Source: Candidatus Micrarchaeota archaeon | GTDB lineage: Archaea; Micrarchaeota; Micrarchaeia; Micrarchaeales; CABMGC01 | Assembly (NCBI GenBank): GCA_027319905.1 | Contig: DAHVMJ010000014.1 | Coordinates: 1 to 19,711, forward strand | Length of the DNA stretch: 19,711 bases | Direction: 5' to 3' | In this document: positions 15,891 to 19,711 of the stretch, piece by piece | Layout of the letters: each line of letters begins with the position of its first letter | Position numbering within the stretch: position 1 is the first letter of the stretch | Position numbers and translations under genes: made by a program | Notes under the pieces: model-generated | Database searches by the model: none | Seen by the model: only the letters and a program-made list of their open reading frames with translations | What the model was told of the DNA's origin: nothing

Positions 15891-17360
15891 CTACCCAACC
15901 GCATTGGTCATTTCGAGAGCCATTATCCTGTTGAACTCTACTGCATATGTCATGGGCAGCTCTTTTGCGAATGGTTCCATGAAGCCGTTGACTATCATGC
16001 TCAACGCGTCGCCCTCTGATATGCCCCTTGCGTTCAGGTAAAAGAGCTGCTCCTCGCCGATCTTGCCCACGCTGGCTTCGTGGGTGATTGAAGCGTCGTC
16101 CTCGTTGATCTCCATGTAGGGATATGTGGCCGTCGTGCTTTTGGCGTCGATCAGCAGCGCGTCGCATCTTACGGTTGACTTTACGTTGTGCGCGCCCTTG
16201 GCCACGTGGAGCAGTCCACGGTATGCTGTATGCCCCCCGTCTTTGGAGACGGACCTTGAGATTATCTTCGATGTGGTGTCTTTGGCAAGATGTATTGCTT
16301 TGCCCCCTGTGTCCTGCACCTGGCCAGCGCCGGCGTAGGCCACAGAGATTATGTCGGCCTTTGCCCTGGGGCCAAGAAGGTAAACCGAGGGATACTTCCT
16401 GGTAAGCCTGGAACCGCCGTTGAAGTCAACCCATGAGACCGTCGCATCTTCGTATGCGTGCGCACGCTTTGTCACAAGATTGTATACGTCTTTGGACCAG
16501 TTTTGAAGCGTGGTGTACTTCACAACCGAACCCTTCTTCGCGAGTATCTCCACCACGGCTGAGTGCAGCGATTGGCTCGCGTACACTGGGGCGCTGCAGC
16601 CTTCTATGTACGAAACTTCGCTTCCAGGCTCCGCGATTATAAGCGTGCGTTCGAATTGGCCCATGCGCTCCGCGTTTATCCTGAAGTACGCCTGCAGCGG
16701 CATCTTCACTGATACCCCTTCGGGCACATATACGAAACTGCCGGCGCTCCATACCGCTGTCTGCAGCGCTGCTATATAGTTGTCCTGGTAGGGCACCACC
16801 GTGCCGAAGTACCTCTTCATTATCTCAGGATACTCCTTCAACGCGGTGACCGTATCTGTAAAGACGACTCCCTGCTTTTCCAGTTCCTTCTGGATGCTGT
16901 GGTACACGGCCTCGCTCTCGTACACGGCCCCGACTCCTGAGAGGAAGTTCTTTTCGGCCTCTGTTATGCCTAGCTTGTCATAGGTCTTCCTTATGTACTC
17001 GGGCAGTTCGTTCCACGACTTCGCCGCACTGCTGGTCGGAGTGGCGTAGTAGTAGAAATCCTGGAAGTTTATATGCGCCAGTTCTGGCGCCCACGCCGGG
17101 AGCCCTCGTTCCGTGAAGTGCTTCAAGGCCTTGAGCCTCATCTGCTCCATCCATGCCGGCTCGTCGTGCAGTCTCGCTATCTCCTTTACGACGTCCTCGC
17201 TAAGGCCTTTTATGCCTTTAACGGTGTAGTTTTGGGTCGGGTCGCTGAATCCGTACTTTGACCTGTATTCCTCATCGCTGTATCTCTTAACAGAGGTAAG
17301 CGCCTGATCGCCCTTGCTGGCAACTTTTTGCCCGCCATCACTCTCTTTCAGTTCGGGCAC
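15891..17360 (-). CDS. sufB: Fe-S cluster assembly protein SufB
   Basis: Motifs PLQAYFRIN, GQFERTLII, YIEGCSAP, LHSAVVE, YNLVTKRA and HEASVGKI. GTG 17360 fits the SD-like G-rich stretch and the TATA near 17398-17405. Confidence 0.95.
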   Translation of the reverse strand: MPELKESDGGQKVASKGDQALTSVKRYSDEEYRSKYGFSDPTQNYTVKGIKGLSEDVVKEIARLHDEPAWMEQMRLKALKHFTERGLPAWAPELAHINFQDFYYYATPTSSAAKSWNELPEYIRKTYDKLGITEAEKNFLSGVGAVYESEAVYHSIQKELEKQGVVFTDTVTALKEYPEIMKRYFGTVVPYQDNYIAALQTAVWSAGSFVYVPEGVSVKMPLQAYFRINAERMGQFERTLIIAEPGSEVSYIEGCSAPVYASQSLHSAVVEILAKKGSVVKYTTLQNWSKDVYNLVTKRAHAYEDATVSWVDFNGGSRLTRKYPSVYLLGPRAKADIISVAYAGAGQVQDTGGKAIHLAKDTTSKIISRSVSKDGGHTAYRGLLHVAKGAHNVKSTVRCDALLIDAKSTTATYPYMEINEDDASITHEASVGKIGEEQLFYLNARGISEGDALSMIVNGFMEPFAKELPMTYAVEFNRIMALEMTNAVG

Positions 17361-17443
17361 ACCCACACCCCATGAGAAGAGCGTATGCACTTCTCCGATT
17401 TAAAGGTTTGCACGCGGGAACGGAAGTGAAGGAGAGACATCTG

Positions 17444-17647
17444 TCAGGGAACTGAGAAGGAGCTGTTTGGAATAGGAGCAGCATGAACCGCGTCAGGCTC
17501 CTGGCCTCTTATCAGGTCAAGGAGAATGCGCGATTCCTTTTCTGGAAGATCATTGGCTGCGTCTTTGACAAGCACCATTTCATCTTTGCTCGTCCTCTGC
17601 GCCAGGCCCTCCAGCTGCTGCTTGCTCGGATGTTTCATTCGTGTCAT
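17444..17647 (-). CDS. Hypothetical small protein
   Basis: 67-aa ORF co-oriented with its neighbours, with TATA-like ttttaaaa near 17713-17720. No recognised motif. Confidence 0.4.
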   Translation of the reverse strand: MTRMKHPSKQQLEGLAQRTSKDEMVLVKDAANDLPEKESRILLDLIRGQEPDAVHAAPIPNSSFSVP

Positions 17648-17778
17648 TCTATCACCGCGATCTTGGCAATGTAGTGTGCTGCTGCGTCGCCGTATTCGAG
17701 TTCACAACTACGTTTTAAAAGCTTTTCGTGCCGGTTCGCTTCTTTGGCAAGCGAAGAAAGCTCAGGGGAAAGAGAGAG

Positions 17779-18027
17779 TCAGCCAGAATAGGATAAATCG
17801 TAAAGCGTTTCCACCTTCTCCGCCAGTCGGGCAAGCCTCTTCTCGTACTCTTCCCCGCTCAGCCTGCTGGCCTTGGTCTCAGTTCTGAGCTGCTCAAGTT
17901 CTTTGGCAATGGAATTTATCTGCAAAAGTTTAGCGTCGATCTCTTCAATGCGCCGCAGCAGAACTGCCAGCGTAGGCCGAGGCTCCTTTTTGGCCTCAGC
18001 GCTGTCATCTTTCTCCCCCACTTTCAT
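17779..18027 (-). CDS. Hypothetical coiled-coil protein
   Basis: 82 aa, charged and heptad-like, with an SD-like gggggt upstream of the ATG. Confidence 0.6.
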   Translation of the reverse strand: MKVGEKDDSAEAKKEPRPTLAVLLRRIEEIDAKLLQINSIAKELEQLRTETKASRLSGEEYEKRLARLAEKVETLYDLSYSG

Positions 18028-18159
18028 GAGTTTACCCCCTTTCTACTTACGCCTTTAGGTTATTACATTTTTTGTTTGCAGAAAAAGACAGAGAAGCAGA
18101 TTACAGGTCGTGCTTAGTAAATGTTAGTTGATTCTCTGCGACTTTTGCATAGCCGTAAC

Positions 18160-18624
18160 TCAGAAATCGGCGCCGAGTAGTTTCCCTGAAACGAGGACGC
18201 AGGTCATGGCTATCCATGGGCAAGAAACGGCGTAGTTAAGTAGCAGGGGAACGAAAAGAGAAGCGTTTGGAACAAGTTCGTGATAAACCGCGGTTGTCGC
18301 CACCGAACCCAACAGGGCGATGTTAGACACAAGATATGCCCTTCTGAGCTCGTCATCTGGAAGGAAACGCGATTTAAATGAAAAGTTAGCGATGGATTGC
18401 TTCCCTCTTCCGAACATCGTCAAGGAGCCCAAATAGAAATTGTGGGTTTTGTAGGCGAGCCACGTATCTTCACGAAGCTTGAAATCGTCTCTCCCTGCTT
18501 CTTCGATTTTCGTTTGTCCGTCTTGGTCTTTCCTGAAGGAACTTAGAAACGGCAGGCGGTTTGCTATACGTAGAAGCGCTCTCTCAGGCTTGTTCTCTCG
18601 CTCTTTCTCTTGTTCTACACCCAT
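18160..18624 (-). CDS. Hypothetical protein with two C-terminal hydrophobic segments
   Basis: ATG 18624 (MGVEQEKE) lies about 35 nt downstream of a TATA-like aatatatt. The longer TTG start runs through the repeat/terminator. Confidence 0.55.
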   Translation of the reverse strand: MGVEQEKERENKPERALLRIANRLPFLSSFRKDQDGQTKIEEAGRDDFKLREDTWLAYKTHNFYLGSLTMFGRGKQSIANFSFKSRFLPDDELRRAYLVSNIALLGSVATTAVYHELVPNASLFVPLLLNYAVSCPWIAMTCVLVSGKLLGADF

Positions 18625-18675
18625 GCCAACGCTCAGGTGAATGGATACAAGCACAAATATATTGTGTTCGTCCAG

Positions 18676-18744
18676 AAAAGAAAAAGAACAGGTATCTTGC
18701 AAATTAGGCTTTAGTAACGGTGCGCTCGTGGATCGCTTGCGCTT
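18676..18744 (-). repeat. Duplicate of the 23S rRNA 3' end plus T-tract (direct repeat of 19504-19572)
   Basis: 18696-18744 versus 19524-19572 is 46/49 identical. The aaaagaaaaa tract also repeats at the same 828-bp offset (18676-18685 and 19504-19513). Confidence 0.93.
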
Positions 18745-18762
18745 CCCGTTGCATTGCCAATA

Positions 18763-18807
18763 ACCGAAAGATATTTAAAGTAAGAAAGTAAGAATATTAT
18801 TGATAAT
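18763..18807 (+). promoter_or_regulatory. BRE/TATA promoter of the TA operon with a possible operator
   Basis: ccgaaagatatttaaag lies about 30 nt before ATG 18808, followed immediately by tandem aagtaaga repeats. Confidence 0.55.
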
Positions 18808-19083
18808 ATGGCAGCAGCATACGAAACTGAGGTAACTGTGGTAAGCTCAAAAGGACAGGTAGTTATACCGCATTCTCTGAGGGCCAAGCTAAAAATAAAA
18901 CCGAAAACTAAACTTCTGGTATATGAATACAATGACTCGATAGTGATGAAGGAGCTTAAAATCCCTAATTTCGTCAAAATGCTTGAAGAGATACACAAAA
19001 AGACGAGCAAAAGGATAGCAAAATATGGTGAGATAACAGACAGGGAGATAAACGCGATTGTCCAGAAGCAAAGGCACGGCTGA
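18808..19083 (+). CDS. AbrB/MazE/SpoVT-family antitoxin
   Basis: VSSKGQVVIPHSLRAKLKIKP is the swapped-hairpin signature. Confidence 0.9.
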   Translation: MAAAYETEVTVVSSKGQVVIPHSLRAKLKIKPKTKLLVYEYNDSIVMKELKIPNFVKMLEEIHKKTSKRIAKYGEITDREINAIVQKQRHG

Positions 19084-19097
19084 GATTGGGTATTCGA

Positions 19098-19499
19098 ATG
19101 CGCGTGTTGCTGGACACAAACGTGCTTGTTTCCGCAATGATTATTAAGGAAGGCAAGCCAGCGCAACTTCTTGCCAAACTTCTGAAGGGTCACCATGTGA
19201 TAATAATCTCGAGGCCCTTACTTGAGGAGTTTTCTAGGATAGCCGCGACAGGGCGTATAAGGAGATACGTAACACCTGGCGACGTCACCAAATTCCTTGA
19301 GGGCCTTGTGGGTTCAAGCACACCAGTTAACTTGTTTTCAAAAATCAGAGTGTTCGACACCCCGGACGATCTGGTGCTTGCAACAGCATACGACGGGAAG
19401 GCCAACGTAATAGTTAGCGGAGACGGTGCGCTTTTGGAGTTGGGCAGGTTTAGAGGCATAAAAATAGTGAGTGTGGCGCGGATGCTCGGCCTTGTTTAG
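19098..19499 (+). CDS. PIN-domain toxin (VapC-like)
   Basis: The acidic PIN residues are present: MRVLLDTNVLVSA, LLEEF, DDLVLATA and IVSGD. ATG at 19098. Confidence 0.9.
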   Translation: MRVLLDTNVLVSAMIIKEGKPAQLLAKLLKGHHVIIISRPLLEEFSRIAATGRIRRYVTPGDVTKFLEGLVGSSTPVNLFSKIRVFDTPDDLVLATAYDGKANVIVSGDGALLELGRFRGIKIVSVARMLGLV

Positions 19500-19502
19500 T
19501 TC

Positions 19503-19513
19503 AAAAAGAAAAA
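19503..19513 (-). terminator. Oligo-T terminator-like tract downstream of 23S rRNA
   Basis: Minus strand reads TTTTTCTTTTT just beyond the rRNA 3' end. Confidence 0.5.
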
Positions 19514-19521
19514 TGAGAAGT

Positions 19522-19711
19522 TGCTTGCAAATTGGGCTTTAGTAACGGTGCGCTCGCAGATCGCTTGCGCTTTCTGCTTACACGCCCGTCCTATCAAAAT
19601 TGTGTATTACAATCGCCCCAGTGTCTCGTTTCGGATCGGGCTTCGACCTTAGATGCTTTCAGGTCTTATCCCTCAGCGCGTGGCTACCCAGCCGTGCTCA
19701 TCACAACTGGT
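19522..19711 (-). rRNA. rrl: 23S rRNA gene, 3'-terminal ~190 nt (continues beyond the window; exact 3' end approximate)
   Basis: The plus strand matches the reverse complement of conserved LSU domain VI: ttagta...gcttacac.ccc.cctatcaa...cttagatgctttcag..cttatc...gctacc...acaac. Confidence 0.93.

Noticed and set aside
1..19711. CRISPR array or transposase
   Set aside because: No regularly spaced repeat-spacer array and no transposase or integrase motifs were seen.

Overview
Archaeal chromosomal window, most likely DPANN (Micrarchaeota-like). This is inferred from the 'SQSAMEYLMTYGW' pilin/LamG protein, archaeal FEN1/MBF1/SecE/FtsZ and TATA-type promoters. The housekeeping backbone comprises hppA, an NFACT-R protein, secE, ftsZ, a site-2 protease, mbf1, fen and sufB. 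It also carries a compact asparagine module (Lrp/AsnC <- -> asnB, tRNA-Asn, asnS), two type II toxin-antitoxin pairs, several ORFans, and the 3' end of a 23S rRNA gene on the minus strand at the right edge. Three signals stand out. (1) A pilin-like LamG surface gene has its likely ATG separated from the coding frame by a (CA)8 tract, so it is out of frame now and in frame at (CA)9 or (CA)6: a candidate phase-variation switch. (2) An upstream 19-codon stub repeats that gene's conserved signal-peptide sequence (29/30 nt); recombination between the copies would create an in-frame gene that bypasses the tract. (3) An AbrB-VapC pair is bracketed by direct repeats of the 23S rRNA 3' end plus its T-tract (828-bp period), resembling an element integrated at an rRNA att site.
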